Source: a bacterium
GTDB taxonomy: Bacteria > UBP6 > JAFGXH01
Assembly (NCBI GenBank): GCA_016936735.1
Contig: JAFGXH010000116.1
Location: forward strand, 1 to 62,447
Length of the DNA: 62,447 nt
Direction of reading: 5' to 3'
Below, in pieces: positions 49,845-60,491 of the stretch (positions are counted from its first letter, which is position 1; every line of letters begins with the position of its first letter). The position numbers were made by a program, and so were the translations under genes. The notes beneath the pieces were generated by a model. The model was not told the origin of the DNA and did not search any database. It saw only the letters and a list, made by a program, of their open reading frames with translations.

Positions 49845-52030
49845 TCTATTTTTTCAATTACTACACCAGCTAATGGTGGAAGTGAAATAGTAATTGAATA
49901 TGGTTTTCCTTGCCACTCAGTTTTTTCTGCAATAAGAGCATCACCATTTCCAACATTACTTCCACCATAATATTCACTATCTGTATTGAATGTGATTCTA
50001 TATAATCCCTCTTCTGGAACACCAATTCTATAACTTTGACGAACAACAGGTGTGAAATTTAAGACACATATAACAAATTTCTCCTCCCATTTTCTTAAAT
50101 AACTAATAATACTTTGTTGACTATCTTTGAAATCAATCCATTCAAATCCATCAGAAGAGAAATCATCTTTATAAAGTGCCTCTCTTGATGTATACAAAGC
50201 ATTTAAATCTTTTACAAAATAGTTTAATTTCCCATGCTTCTCTTCATTTAATAGATGCCAATCTAATCCACTATCATGATTCCATTCTCTCCATTGAGCA
50301 AGATCCATGCCCATAAAAGTGAGTTTCTTTCCTGGGTGAGTATACATATGAAGATAAAATAGTCTTAAGTTAGCAAACTTTTGCCATAAATCACCACTCA
50401 TTTTATTAATCATTGAGCCTTTTCCATGAACAACCTCATCGTGAGAAATCGATAAGACAAAATTTTCATGAAATGCATACCATAATGAGAATGTAAGAGC
50501 ATTATGATGAAATGTTCTAAAAACTGGATCTTTTGCAAAATAGTCTAAAATATCATGCATCCATCCCATATTCCATTTAAATCCAAATCCTAACCCACCT
50601 GTATATAATGGTCTTGAGACTGCAGGCCATGCTGTTGATTCCTCTGCAATTGTGATTGTGTCAGGAAAAAGTTCATAAACTTTTTCATTAAACATTTTTA
50701 GAAACTCAATTGCCTCTAAATTTTCTCTACCACCATACTTATTAGGAACCCACTCTCCATCTTTTCTTGAGTAGTCAAGATATAACATAGATGCAACAGC
50801 ATCTACTCTTAATCCATCTATATGATATTTATCAAGCCAAAATATTGCATTTGATATTAAAAAATTTCTAACTTCATAGCGACCATAATTAAATATTAAA
50901 GTTCCCCAGTCTTGATGTTCACCTTTTCTTGGATCTTCATGCTCATAAAGAGCTGTTCCATCGAATTTAGCAAGAGCATAATCATCTTTTGGAAAATGTG
51001 CTGGAACCCAATCAAGAATAACTCCAATACCATTTTTATGACAATAATCAACAAAATACATGAAATCTCTTGGTTCTCCATATCTTCTTGTTGGAGAGAA
51101 ATAACCTGTTACTTGATATCCCCAAGAACCATAAAATGGATGCTCCATTATTGGTAAAAGCTCTATATGAGTATATCCCATCTTTTTTATGTATGGAATC
51201 AATTCATGTGCTAAATCTCTATAATTTAGATGTTCATTTTTCCAATCTCTTTTCCAAGAACCAATATGAAGTTCATAAATTGATATTGGAGCATCAAGAG
51301 CATTCTTCTCTTTTCTTGTATTCATCCATTCTGAATCACTCCATTCATAATTACTTATATTATAGACAACAGAAGCTGTTTGTGGAGCAAGTTCTGAGTA
51401 GGAGGCATAAGGATCTCTTTTGTAAAGAAGTGCATCGTTTTGAGCCTTTATCTCAAATTTATACAACTCTCCCTCTTGAATATTAGGAATAAAAATCTCC
51501 CAAAAACCACCATTTAAAACTCTCATAGGATGAATTCTTCCATCCCATCTATTGAAATCACCAATAACACTTACTCGTTTTGCATTAGGAGCCCAAACAA
51601 CAAAGTGAACCCCTTTTGAACCTTGATGTTCTATAAGATGAGCACCAAGTTTCTCATAGGCTTTCATATGAGTTCCTTCATTTAAAAAATAGATATCCTG
51701 TTCCCCTAAAACTGGCCAAAATCTATAAGGGTCTTCTATTTCCCAACTCTCACCTAAACTATTAAGAACTCTAAATTTGTATGGAAAAAAATCATTTACA
51801 TCTTTCAATTGTAATTCATAGATTCCAGTAGTATGAACCAATTCCATTCTATGTGTTTTTTTTGATTCATTTTCTATAAGATAGACATTTTCTAATTCAG
51901 GATAAAACATTCTTACAACAATACCCTTTTTTTTCTTATCATCAATAAAGTGCATTCCAAGAAATTCAAAAGGATCTCTACACTCAACTGAAATAATCTT
52001 TTCAATCTGCTCTGGTGTTAATTTCTTCAT
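49841..52030 (-). CDS. glgB: 1,4-alpha-glucan branching enzyme.
   Basis: GYTHIELLPIMEHP. GIGVILDWVPAHF. DGLRVDAVASMLY. Confidence 0.92.
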   Translation of the reverse strand: MKKLTPEQIEKIISVECRDPFEFLGMHFIDDKKKKGIVVRMFYPELENVYLIENESKKTHRMELVHTTGIYELQLKDVNDFFPYKFRVLNSLGESWEIEDPYRFWPVLGEQDIYFLNEGTHMKAYEKLGAHLIEHQGSKGVHFVVWAPNAKRVSVIGDFNRWDGRIHPMRVLNGGFWEIFIPNIQEGELYKFEIKAQNDALLYKRDPYASYSELAPQTASVVYNISNYEWSDSEWMNTRKEKNALDAPISIYELHIGSWKRDWKNEHLNYRDLAHELIPYIKKMGYTHIELLPIMEHPFYGSWGYQVTGYFSPTRRYGEPRDFMYFVDYCHKNGIGVILDWVPAHFPKDDYALAKFDGTALYEHEDPRKGEHQDWGTLIFNYGRYEVRNFLISNAIFWLDKYHIDGLRVDAVASMLYLDYSRKDGEWVPNKYGGRENLEAIEFLKMFNEKVYELFPDTITIAEESTAWPAVSRPLYTGGLGFGFKWNMGWMHDILDYFAKDPVFRTFHHNALTFSLWYAFHENFVLSISHDEVVHGKGSMINKMSGDLWQKFANLRLFYLHMYTHPGKKLTFMGMDLAQWREWNHDSGLDWHLLNEEKHGKLNYFVKDLNALYTSREALYKDDFSSDGFEWIDFKDSQQSIISYLRKWEEKFVICVLNFTPVVRQSYRIGVPEEGLYRITFNTDSEYYGGSNVGNGDALIAEKTEWQGKPYSITISLPPLAGVVIEKID

Positions 52031-52255
52031 AAAAACTCCAAATATACTTCAAACACTCAGATTATAGAAAATTTCTAATAAAATGACAACTTTTTATTAT
52101 AAAAAGCTTTAAAGTTTAATAAAAGAGTTAATAAAGTTGAGATTAATAACCAATTTAAAACAGTTTATTTTCTATTTTACAAAAAAAAAATTTTTATGTT
52201 GAATAAAATCAAAAAAAAGGTTATCTATATTAATAACCATTTTTCGGAGAATAGT

Positions 52256-53218
52256 ATGAAAAAATTTTTAGTTTTTCTTTTTTTGATAATGCCATTTTTT
52301 GCTTACTCAAAAGTGATGGATTATAAGACTGTTGAATCAAGCTCTGCATTACAGGGATGGCATAACTCATCAAATGGCTTAAAATTTAAGCCAGCAAAAG
52401 GATGGACCTACAAAGGTCAAAATGATATGTATGTTGGAGCAGATGGCTCATCTATTAATGTTCAAGTTGAGGCATCTGCTTTAAGTATGGAGGATTATAT
52501 CTCTGCATCTTTAAAAGAGATGAGAAAATCTTTTCCTGATTATAAATTAGAACAACAACTTGTTCATACAATTAATGGAAAAGAGGCTCATGAATTGGTA
52601 GGTACCTTTACCTATAGTAATATTAAAATGAAGCTTAAATCAATTATTTTTACAAAAGATGCTTCAACTAAAATTGTTGTGACTATTGGTGGATTGGCTG
52701 ATAATTTTAATAAAAATCTTGATGTTTTTGAAAAAATTCAGGCATCAATTGTTTTTGAATCTAGTTCAGCAACAACTACTGTAGCACCAACAACTTCATC
52801 CTCTGCTGGAGTTTTTAAAGATCCTGCAGGAAAATACTCTTTTTGGGTTCCAACAGGTTGGAATAGGAGTGGTGATAAAACAATGTTTGTTTCATCAAAA
52901 GGAAGCTCTGTAAATTTATTAACAGAGGTTGCTGATATGAATCTTGATGATTATGGTGATTTATCTCTTAAAAATATGAAGTCTCAAATTCCATCTTATG
53001 AATTGATAAAAAGAGAGAAAAAAGTTATCAATGGTGTTTCAACAGTTGTCCTTTATGGAAAATTCAATATGTATAACAATGACCTAAGAATCTATTCTGT
53101 TATTTATGATGGTGGAACAACAAAATATGTTCTTACTCTTGGTGGATTAGATTCAAATTTTGATGCAGATAATAGCAATTTTCTTAAATCAATGGAATCA
53201 TTTAAATTAAATCCATGA
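52256..53218 (+). CDS. Secreted protein made of two homologous domains of about 150 aa (internal duplication), unknown function.
   Basis: ATG at 52256 after GGAGA. Signal MKKFLVFLFLIMPFFAYS. The two halves share the pattern G(W)...K..G.......SS(I/V)N.......M.L(E/D)DY...SLK.M... Confidence 0.45.
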   Translation: MKKFLVFLFLIMPFFAYSKVMDYKTVESSSALQGWHNSSNGLKFKPAKGWTYKGQNDMYVGADGSSINVQVEASALSMEDYISASLKEMRKSFPDYKLEQQLVHTINGKEAHELVGTFTYSNIKMKLKSIIFTKDASTKIVVTIGGLADNFNKNLDVFEKIQASIVFESSSATTTVAPTTSSSAGVFKDPAGKYSFWVPTGWNRSGDKTMFVSSKGSSVNLLTEVADMNLDDYGDLSLKNMKSQIPSYELIKREKKVINGVSTVVLYGKFNMYNNDLRIYSVIYDGGTTKYVLTLGGLDSNFDADNSNFLKSMESFKLNP

Positions 53219-53382
53219 TTTAACCAATATATTTTACCTCTTAATAATCAATAATTCAGAATTACTTAGAAAATATTAACAAAAAAAAGAGATAAATACA
53301 AAAATCTTTTTTATGTTTTATTTTTGTAATTATAAAAACTCTTTTATTTAGATATTTGCTATATTTTAAAATTAATATTATC

Positions 53383-53398
53383 TGGAATATTATTTGCT
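53383..53398 (+). promoter_or_regulatory. Candidate sigma-54 (-24/-12) promoter upstream of flgK.
   Basis: TGGAAT-N5-TTGCT: GG at 53384-85, GC at 53396-97 (GG-N10-GC). About 33 nt upstream of the flgK ATG. rpoN is present in the window. Confidence 0.35.
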
Positions 53399-53429
53399 AA
53401 ATTAAGATGATAGATTAGTAGGGGGAACC

Positions 53430-54845
53430 ATGCCACGCTTAGTTGATATTCTTGGTATTGGAAAATCTGGACTGTTTGCATCTCAAATAGGGATATCAAC
53501 ATCTGGACATAACATTGCCAATGTAAACACAAAAAACTACACAAGGCAAAGGGTTTCATATGAGGCAAATCCTCCTGAAATTCTTAGAGATGGTCAGTTA
53601 GGGCAAGGAGTTGCATTAGAATCAATATCAAGAGCTCTTGATATTTTTTTAGAAAAACAGATTGTTTCTCAACGCTCTGCTTTAGGAGAGTTCTCCTCTC
53701 AAGAGGGAGCTCTAAAACAGGTTCAAATGGTATTTAATGAAAATAGTGGCATTTCAATTGCAAGTGAAATGGATAAATTTTTTAACTCTTGGAGAGATTT
53801 ATCAAATCAACCTGCTGATATGAATCAGCGTTTAGAGGTTCTAAACTCTGCTGAAAATTTAACAACAGCGTTTCATAAACAATATGGCCAAATATTTGAC
53901 ACACAACTTAATCTTAATGCTGATATTGAGGATAAAGTTGCAGAGTTAAATTCACTCTCTCAAGAGATATCTGAATTAAATAAAAAAATTGTGGGAACAG
54001 AGTTTTTACCATCAAATGCAAATGATTTAAGAGATAAACTTGATGCAGATATTAAGCGAATTGCAGAGATTGTTCAAATAAATGTTTTTCATGATGAAAA
54101 GGGATTTACAAATATACAGCTTGCAAATGGAGCACCACTTGTTACTGGTGCAGATTTTAACACTCTTACTGTATCTCCAAGTCCTACAAGTGGATTTCTT
54201 CAAATTTATCATCAAAGACCAAATGGAGTTGAAACTGATGTAACTGATGATCTTGTTTCTGGTGAACTTGCAGGTATTGTATATGTTAGAGATCAAACAT
54301 TAGAGGGATATAAATCAACATTAGATCAACTTGCATTTAATTTTGCTACAGAAGTAAATGCTATACATCAAATTGGTTATAATTTAGATAATGCAACAAA
54401 TATAGATTTTTTTAATAATCTTGTTGGTGTAACTGGTGCAGCAAGAGATATTGATTTATCTATAGATGTATTAGATCAACCTAATGCAATTAGTGCCTCT
54501 TTAGAAATTGATTTAATTGGTAATACAGTAACAGGTAATAATGAAAATGCTCTTGCTTTAGCAGATTTACAAAATCAACTTAATATGGGAAATCAAACTT
54601 TTAATGAATATTATAGAAATCTTATCTATCGTGTAGGTTCAGATGTTAGTGATAATGAGAATTATATAGCTCTTGAAACATCAAAAAAAGAGCAATTAGA
54701 CTCTTTTAGAGAGAGTATTAGTGGTGTTAGTATAGATGAAGAGATGACAAATATTATTCAATTTCAAAGAAGTTTTGAGGCTGCCTCAAAGGTTATAAAA
54801 ACAACAGACCAGATGTTACAAGTTGTACTCTCTTTAAAAGATTAG
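53430..54845 (+). CDS. flgK: Flagellar hook-associated protein 1.
   Basis: N-terminal LFASQIGISTSGHNIANVNTKNYTRQR. C-terminal conserved flagellar rod/hook helix. Confidence 0.85.
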   Translation: MPRLVDILGIGKSGLFASQIGISTSGHNIANVNTKNYTRQRVSYEANPPEILRDGQLGQGVALESISRALDIFLEKQIVSQRSALGEFSSQEGALKQVQMVFNENSGISIASEMDKFFNSWRDLSNQPADMNQRLEVLNSAENLTTAFHKQYGQIFDTQLNLNADIEDKVAELNSLSQEISELNKKIVGTEFLPSNANDLRDKLDADIKRIAEIVQINVFHDEKGFTNIQLANGAPLVTGADFNTLTVSPSPTSGFLQIYHQRPNGVETDVTDDLVSGELAGIVYVRDQTLEGYKSTLDQLAFNFATEVNAIHQIGYNLDNATNIDFFNNLVGVTGAARDIDLSIDVLDQPNAISASLEIDLIGNTVTGNNENALALADLQNQLNMGNQTFNEYYRNLIYRVGSDVSDNENYIALETSKKEQLDSFRESISGVSIDEEMTNIIQFQRSFEAASKVIKTTDQMLQVVLSLKD

Positions 54846-54893
54846 TATTTTTTTTTAAAGACTCTTTTTGTTAATTTTTAAATAGGTAATATT

Positions 54894-55781
54894 ATGAGAG
54901 TTTCACAGAATCAATTAATAGGAAATCTTGCAGATTATATAAATAAACAACAGAGTCTATATCTTGATTCTCAAAAAAAACTATCAACAGGAAAAAGAAT
55001 AAATGAACCATCAGATGACCCATTAGGGGCTCAAATGGTAAACTCTTTTAATACTCTTGATGCAAAAGATGAGCAGTTTTCAAGAAATATAGATAGAGCA
55101 ATGGGATTTCTTGATGCAACAGAGAGTGCTATTATTGCTGCCTCTGATGTTTTATCTTCACTTAGAGATAAAGCTACACAACTAGCAAATGATACATACA
55201 ATGAAACAGATAGAGATCAAGCTGTTGAACAGATTAATATCGCATTAGATCAGCTTTTAAAAATTGCAAATGAGCAACATGAAGGAGTCTATATTTTTGG
55301 TGGAACAGTTGATAATCAACCTCCCTTTGACTCTTTGACTTTTCAATATAATGGAAATAACACAATAAAATCTGTTGAAATATCAAATACACTTTTTGTT
55401 GATACAAATATTGCTGGCTCAGATCTATTTACAGATACAAACAATGGAACAGTTGATGTTTTTCAATCATTAATAGATTTTAGAGATGCTTTACAAAATA
55501 ATGACACTCAAGGAATAATGACATCAATAACCAATTTTGATAATAGCTTAGAGCAATTTTCTGAAAATAGAACAATTGTTGGGTTGCAAATTCAAAAACT
55601 TGAGATAACAGAGCAGATGAATATACTTCATCAAGAGATTACAACACAACAAAGAGTTGAGGTTGAAGAGACTGATATTGCAAAAGAGAGTTCCATATTA
55701 ATGAAAGTTCAGCAAATTTTAGAGGCAAATTATGCTTTAACAGGAAAAACTCAAAATCTATCACTTTTAAACTACTTGTAA
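54894..55781 (+). CDS. flgL: Flagellar hook-associated protein 3.
   Basis: Flagellin-like N-terminus STGKRINEPSDDP. Length and position after flgK. Confidence 0.8.
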   Translation: MRVSQNQLIGNLADYINKQQSLYLDSQKKLSTGKRINEPSDDPLGAQMVNSFNTLDAKDEQFSRNIDRAMGFLDATESAIIAASDVLSSLRDKATQLANDTYNETDRDQAVEQINIALDQLLKIANEQHEGVYIFGGTVDNQPPFDSLTFQYNGNNTIKSVEISNTLFVDTNIAGSDLFTDTNNGTVDVFQSLIDFRDALQNNDTQGIMTSITNFDNSLEQFSENRTIVGLQIQKLEITEQMNILHQEITTQQRVEVEETDIAKESSILMKVQQILEANYALTGKTQNLSLLNYL

Positions 55782-55861
55782 TTTAATAATAACCATAAAC
55801 AATTGAATTTTTAAGAAAAAAATGGTATCAATGGGCTTGTTTTATTTTTTGAGGTTTTAAA

Positions 55862-57466
55862 ATGCTTACTGTTACAAATGTTGGTTTAAGTTATGGCTCT
55901 CAGAAGCTTTTTGATGATGTTAATATTAAATTCACACCCGGAAATTGTTATGGTATAATTGGTGCTAATGGTGCAGGAAAATCAACATTTTTAAAAATAT
56001 TATCAGGAGAGATAGAACCAGATAAAGGGGATATCTCAATGTCTGCAAACTCAAGAATGGCTGTTTTAAAACAGAATCATTTTGAATATAATGATTACCC
56101 AGCATTAAATGCAGTTATTATGGGAAATGATAAATTATATCAAGTATCTCTTGAGAGAGAGGCTCTTTATGAAACAGATGATTTTAGTGAGGAGTTTGGA
56201 ATTAGAGCAGCTGAACTTGAGGGACTTTTTAGTGAACTTGGTGGATGGGAAGCTGAATCACAAGCAGCCTCTATTCTAAAAGGATTAGGAATTCCAGATA
56301 GTCTTCATACATCTTTAGTAAGAGATTTGGAGGATAGAGATAAAGTAAAAGTTCTTCTTGCCCAAGCTCTTTTTGGAAATCCAGATATTTTATTGCTTGA
56401 TGAGCCAACAAACCATTTAGATATTCCATCTATCTGTTGGTTAGAGAATTTTATTCAAGATCTTCCAAGTATTGTTATTGTAGTTTCTCATGATAGACAT
56501 TTTTTGAATAAAGTTTGTACTCATATTGCTGATATAGATTTTAAAGTGATTAAAATCTATATTGGAAACTATGATTTTTGGAAAGAATCAAGCGATTTAG
56601 CCCTTAAATTAAGACAAAAGAGTAATCAAAGAGTAGAGGAAAAAAGAAAGGAGTTAGCTCAATTTATTGCAAGATTTAGTGCAAATGCATCTAAAGCAAA
56701 ACAGGCAACATCAAGAAGTAAACTTCTTGAAAAATTAACTCTTGAGGAGATTCAACCATCAAGTAGAAAATATCCATATATTAACTTTACCCCTGTTGTT
56801 GAGTTGGGAAAAGAGCTTTTATATGTTGAGAACCTATCCTACTCATTTAATGGAGTTCAAATATTAAAAGATATATCATTTCATATATCTCCAAATGATA
56901 AAATTGCAATTGTTGGAGAGGATGAGTTATTAAAAACAGCGTTTGTAGAGCTTCTTGCAGAAAAAAGAGTTCCTGATAGTGGCTTAATAAAGTGGGGAGT
57001 TACAGTTCGCCATTCTCTTTTACCAAAAGATAATACCCAATTTTTTGAAGGAGTTGATTTAAATCTTGTAGAGTGGATGAGACAGTATGCTGTTGGAGAT
57101 AAAACAGAAAGTGCTATGAGAGGTTTTCTTGGTAGAATGCTTTTTTCTGGTGATGAGGTTTATAAAAAAGTTAATGTTCTCTCTGGAGGAGAGAAGGTTC
57201 GTTGTATGATATCAAGAATGATGCTTATGGGATCTAATACATTACTATTAGATGGCCCAACAAACCATTTAGATTTAGAGGCAATAACATCATTTAATGA
57301 TGCTTTAATTAAATTTAAAGGCTCAATTATTATGATATCACATGACCATCATTTTATTCAAACTGTTGCAAATAGAGTTTTTGAAATAACATCCGATGGA
57401 AGATTAGAGGATTATATGTGTACTTTTGATGAGTATCTTGAGAAAAAAGAGCTTGTTAAATTCTAA
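55862..57466 (+). CDS. ABC-F family ATPase (tandem ABC domains, no TM domains).
   Basis: Two Walker A motifs (GANGAGKST; second degenerate). Two LSGGE signatures. 534 aa. Confidence 0.75.
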   Translation: MLTVTNVGLSYGSQKLFDDVNIKFTPGNCYGIIGANGAGKSTFLKILSGEIEPDKGDISMSANSRMAVLKQNHFEYNDYPALNAVIMGNDKLYQVSLEREALYETDDFSEEFGIRAAELEGLFSELGGWEAESQAASILKGLGIPDSLHTSLVRDLEDRDKVKVLLAQALFGNPDILLLDEPTNHLDIPSICWLENFIQDLPSIVIVVSHDRHFLNKVCTHIADIDFKVIKIYIGNYDFWKESSDLALKLRQKSNQRVEEKRKELAQFIARFSANASKAKQATSRSKLLEKLTLEEIQPSSRKYPYINFTPVVELGKELLYVENLSYSFNGVQILKDISFHISPNDKIAIVGEDELLKTAFVELLAEKRVPDSGLIKWGVTVRHSLLPKDNTQFFEGVDLNLVEWMRQYAVGDKTESAMRGFLGRMLFSGDEVYKKVNVLSGGEKVRCMISRMMLMGSNTLLLDGPTNHLDLEAITSFNDALIKFKGSIIMISHDHHFIQTVANRVFEITSDGRLEDYMCTFDEYLEKKELVKF

Positions 57467-59417
57467 TTTTTTTTCTTAAAACCATTAATAAAATCAGAAA
57501 AAATCCTATAAAATAGAGTGGAATACTATCATTCTCTCCAAAAGAACAACTTGATGAACTATTGGAATTTGTCTTAATACAAACTCCATTATCACTCATT
57601 TCATAACCATTTTCACAAATACAATCTGGAGTATGATTTGTAGATTCACAATATGAGTTTTCTGAACAACTATAGTTTTCACAACCTAAAACACAAATAT
57701 GATTATCATTACAAATCTCTGTATCGAAACAATCAGAGTTTTCATCACAAAAACCATTATTTAATTCACAAACTCCATTTTCAGAATTACAGTTTTTCCA
57801 AGAGTCACAAATGATATTCTCACATAAATCTTTGCAAATATGCTCTATTTGAGAGCATTTTAATCCATTCTCACAGTTAGAATCGGTTTCACAATATCCA
57901 TCTTTTAGTAAACAACTAGTATCAACACATCTCTCCCAAAAATCACAAAGAGGATTACATTCCTGAAAATAGTTTACAAAAATTAGCTTTATATTTGGAA
58001 ATGGTCCAATATGTTCTAAAGTGTTTCCCATCTGTTTGTATGAGTAGTTTGGATTTTTTAATATCTCTCTCATTTCAGTTGGTGTTAAAACATCTCCACT
58101 ATTTAATGCTTTAAAACGCCCCTGAACTTGAGCAGAGATTGCAGTGATTATTGGACTTGCCCCACTTGTTCCACCAAATTCAGCTGTATATGTTTTAGTC
58201 TCTCCATTATCATAAATATCCCCATATCCAGTTGTGTATATCTCCCATCCCCAAGCCTGAACATCAACTCTACTACCATATGTACTGTAGTAAAGTCTTG
58301 AGCGTGGGGTTCCATAAGTTCCCGATGGAGGTGCACCTGCACCAACAATAATTGCACCACTGTCTCTTACTTCACGTTGAAATCGATTACCAAAAAGAGT
58401 TTGATCATCTAAGTTTTGATCTCCATTTCCAGCTGCTTCAATTATAATAATACCATTTGCTGTTGCAGTTTTTATTGCATCAAACTCTGCCTGATAATAC
58501 TCAATTGGAATAAATTTATCTGTACCACTATCAGCCTCTCTTGTTGATTGAGCCTCTAAAAGAATAATATCACCCTCATTTAAAACAGATGTTGCACGAA
58601 TAATTGCATCACCATTTGAGTAACCATACTCTCTTGTGTATGAGCTTACAACTTTAATATTGCTTTTGTGAGCCATTCCTGTAACACCAAATCCATTTCT
58701 TTTAGCGGCTATCTCCCCTAAAACAGATGTTCCATGATGTTCTGCTTGATAATCTGGATATGCTTCTCTAATAATTGGAGTTCCAGTTAAGTTTACTCCA
58801 TTTTCATCATAAAGAGTTGCATCTGTAAAGTTTAAATCCTCATGATTTAGTATCCAATCATACTCCATATCAGTTACTGTTACGCTCTCTCCTGCACCAC
58901 CCTCAAAATCCCATCCAAATTGAGAATCTGCTCCACCCTCATCCTCAAGTGAAAATAGATATCCCTGATTATCTTCAAAATTTGGAGAGTCTGAATCGGC
59001 CTTAATTGTTTTGGATTGATTCTTAGTATTAAAGTAGTCATCATTTTTAGTATCTGAGTACTCATTTGTTTTTGATGTAGATTTTTTAAAGCTATTTGGA
59101 GAAACTATTTTAGGACTTAAGTATATTAATTCAACATCGTTAACAGTTTTAATTTTATTAAACTGCTCCTCTGAAATATTACATTTAAAATATGTTCTTA
59201 AATCAGCAAGTTTTTCACCAGAATATTTTTCACCCCTCTGTTTTAGATATAAAAGTTTATTATCATTAATAGAAAAAAGTTTTTTTATATCATATTTTTT
59301 TATAAAATCTGATATAGTTTCACTATTAAAAGTTTTGAATTTTAATATATACTCTTCAGAGAAAATATTTACTGTTGCCAATAAAATAAATAAAAATAGA
59401 AAAACTCTCATAATCAC
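57456..59417 (-). CDS. Secreted subtilisin-family (S8) serine protease with a C-terminal EGF-like Cys-rich region and a Cys-motif/TM/basic-tail sorting signal.
   Basis: HGTSVLGEIAA. AAGNGDQ. GTSGASPI. C-terminal CENG...C repeats. It ends NSSSSCSFGENDSIPLYFIGFFLILLMVLRKKIRI. Confidence 0.7.
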   Translation of the reverse strand: MIMRVFLFLFILLATVNIFSEEYILKFKTFNSETISDFIKKYDIKKLFSINDNKLLYLKQRGEKYSGEKLADLRTYFKCNISEEQFNKIKTVNDVELIYLSPKIVSPNSFKKSTSKTNEYSDTKNDDYFNTKNQSKTIKADSDSPNFEDNQGYLFSLEDEGGADSQFGWDFEGGAGESVTVTDMEYDWILNHEDLNFTDATLYDENGVNLTGTPIIREAYPDYQAEHHGTSVLGEIAAKRNGFGVTGMAHKSNIKVVSSYTREYGYSNGDAIIRATSVLNEGDIILLEAQSTREADSGTDKFIPIEYYQAEFDAIKTATANGIIIIEAAGNGDQNLDDQTLFGNRFQREVRDSGAIIVGAGAPPSGTYGTPRSRLYYSTYGSRVDVQAWGWEIYTTGYGDIYDNGETKTYTAEFGGTSGASPIITAISAQVQGRFKALNSGDVLTPTEMREILKNPNYSYKQMGNTLEHIGPFPNIKLIFVNYFQECNPLCDFWERCVDTSCLLKDGYCETDSNCENGLKCSQIEHICKDLCENIICDSWKNCNSENGVCELNNGFCDENSDCFDTEICNDNHICVLGCENYSCSENSYCESTNHTPDCICENGYEMSDNGVCIKTNSNSSSSCSFGENDSIPLYFIGFFLILLMVLRKKIRI

Positions 59418-59552
59418 TCCTAAAAATATATTTAATCATCTAATTTAATATAGATGACTTAAAAGGGATAGTAATGGATAAATAGATTTATTTCAATAAG
59501 TTATTTTAAATCTATTTTTTATTAGTTAGAAAGAGGATTAAAACTCAATTAA

Positions 59553-59580
59553 TTGACTTTTTTTTTAAAAACGATAGAAT
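59553..59580 (+). promoter_or_regulatory. Candidate sigma70 promoter for the Xer recombinase gene.
   Basis: TTGACT, 16-nt spacer, TAGAAT. AAGGTG SD before the ATG at 59610. Confidence 0.35.
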
Positions 59581-59609
59581 GAGATGTGACTTTTTTATTA
59601 AGGTGAAGA

Positions 59610-60491
59610 ATGTCAGAATATATTGAGCAATTTTTAAACTATCTTAAAATACAGCGTAGACTTAGTACTCATACATTAAGAGCATATAAAACAGATTTAG
59701 CACAATTTGAAGAGAGTTTAAAAGGAAAAGAGCTTTTAGCAATTACAACTCTTGATGTTAGGAATTTTGTTCATAAACTACACAATCAAAAAATGGATCC
59801 AACATCTGTCTCTCGTCATCTTTCAGCTATTCGTTCACTATTTAAATATCTGATTGGAGAGAAAATTGTTGATAAAAATCCAGCAAAAGAGGTATCTAAT
59901 CCAAAAACTCCAACAAAAATGCCCTCATATCTTACAGAGGATGTTATGGAGCATTTTTTAAATACTCCAGATACAGAGAATCTTTCTGGTGCTAGAGATA
60001 AAGCCATATTAGAGCTTCTTTATGCAACAGGATTAAGAGTTAGTGAGCTTGTTTCAATTAATAAAGAGCAAATCGATTATGAGAATAAAAGCATTATTGT
60101 AAAAGGAAAAGGGAAAAAAGAGAGATTGGTTCTTTTTGGAAGCTATGCACAAGATGCAATAAAAAAATATCTTGTTTTTCGTACAGAGCTTGAATCAATT
60201 GAGGGGGCAGATATTGATGCACTATTCTTAAGTTTAAGAGGAACAAGATTAACTCAAAGAAGTGTTCAACGAATTGTTGATAAATATATTGAATTAGCTG
60301 GAATAAAATATAAGATATCTCCTCACTCACTAAGACACTCTTTTGCAACACATATGATGAATAATGGAGCTGATATAAGATCTATTCAGGAGTTTCTTGG
60401 ACATGAATCTATATCAACAACACAAAGATATACACATATCTCTGATAAACAGATGTTTGAGAATTATGATAAATTTCATCCTCATAAATAG
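59610..60491 (+). CDS. xerD: Tyrosine site-specific recombinase of the XerC/XerD family.
   Basis: RHSFATHMMNNGADIRSIQEFLGHESISTTQRYTH, and LRVSEL upstream. Confidence 0.8.
   Translation: MSEYIEQFLNYLKIQRRLSTHTLRAYKTDLAQFEESLKGKELLAITTLDVRNFVHKLHNQKMDPTSVSRHLSAIRSLFKYLIGEKIVDKNPAKEVSNPKTPTKMPSYLTEDVMEHFLNTPDTENLSGARDKAILELLYATGLRVSELVSINKEQIDYENKSIIVKGKGKKERLVLFGSYAQDAIKKYLVFRTELESIEGADIDALFLSLRGTRLTQRSVQRIVDKYIELAGIKYKISPHSLRHSFATHMMNNGADIRSIQEFLGHESISTTQRYTHISDKQMFENYDKFHPHK

Noticed and set aside
59610-60491. Tyrosine recombinase as the integrase of a mobile element or genomic island.
   Set aside because: The sequence carries the core XerC/XerD signature and is of chromosomal Xer length. 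There are no flanking direct repeats, tRNA, or phage or transposon genes.
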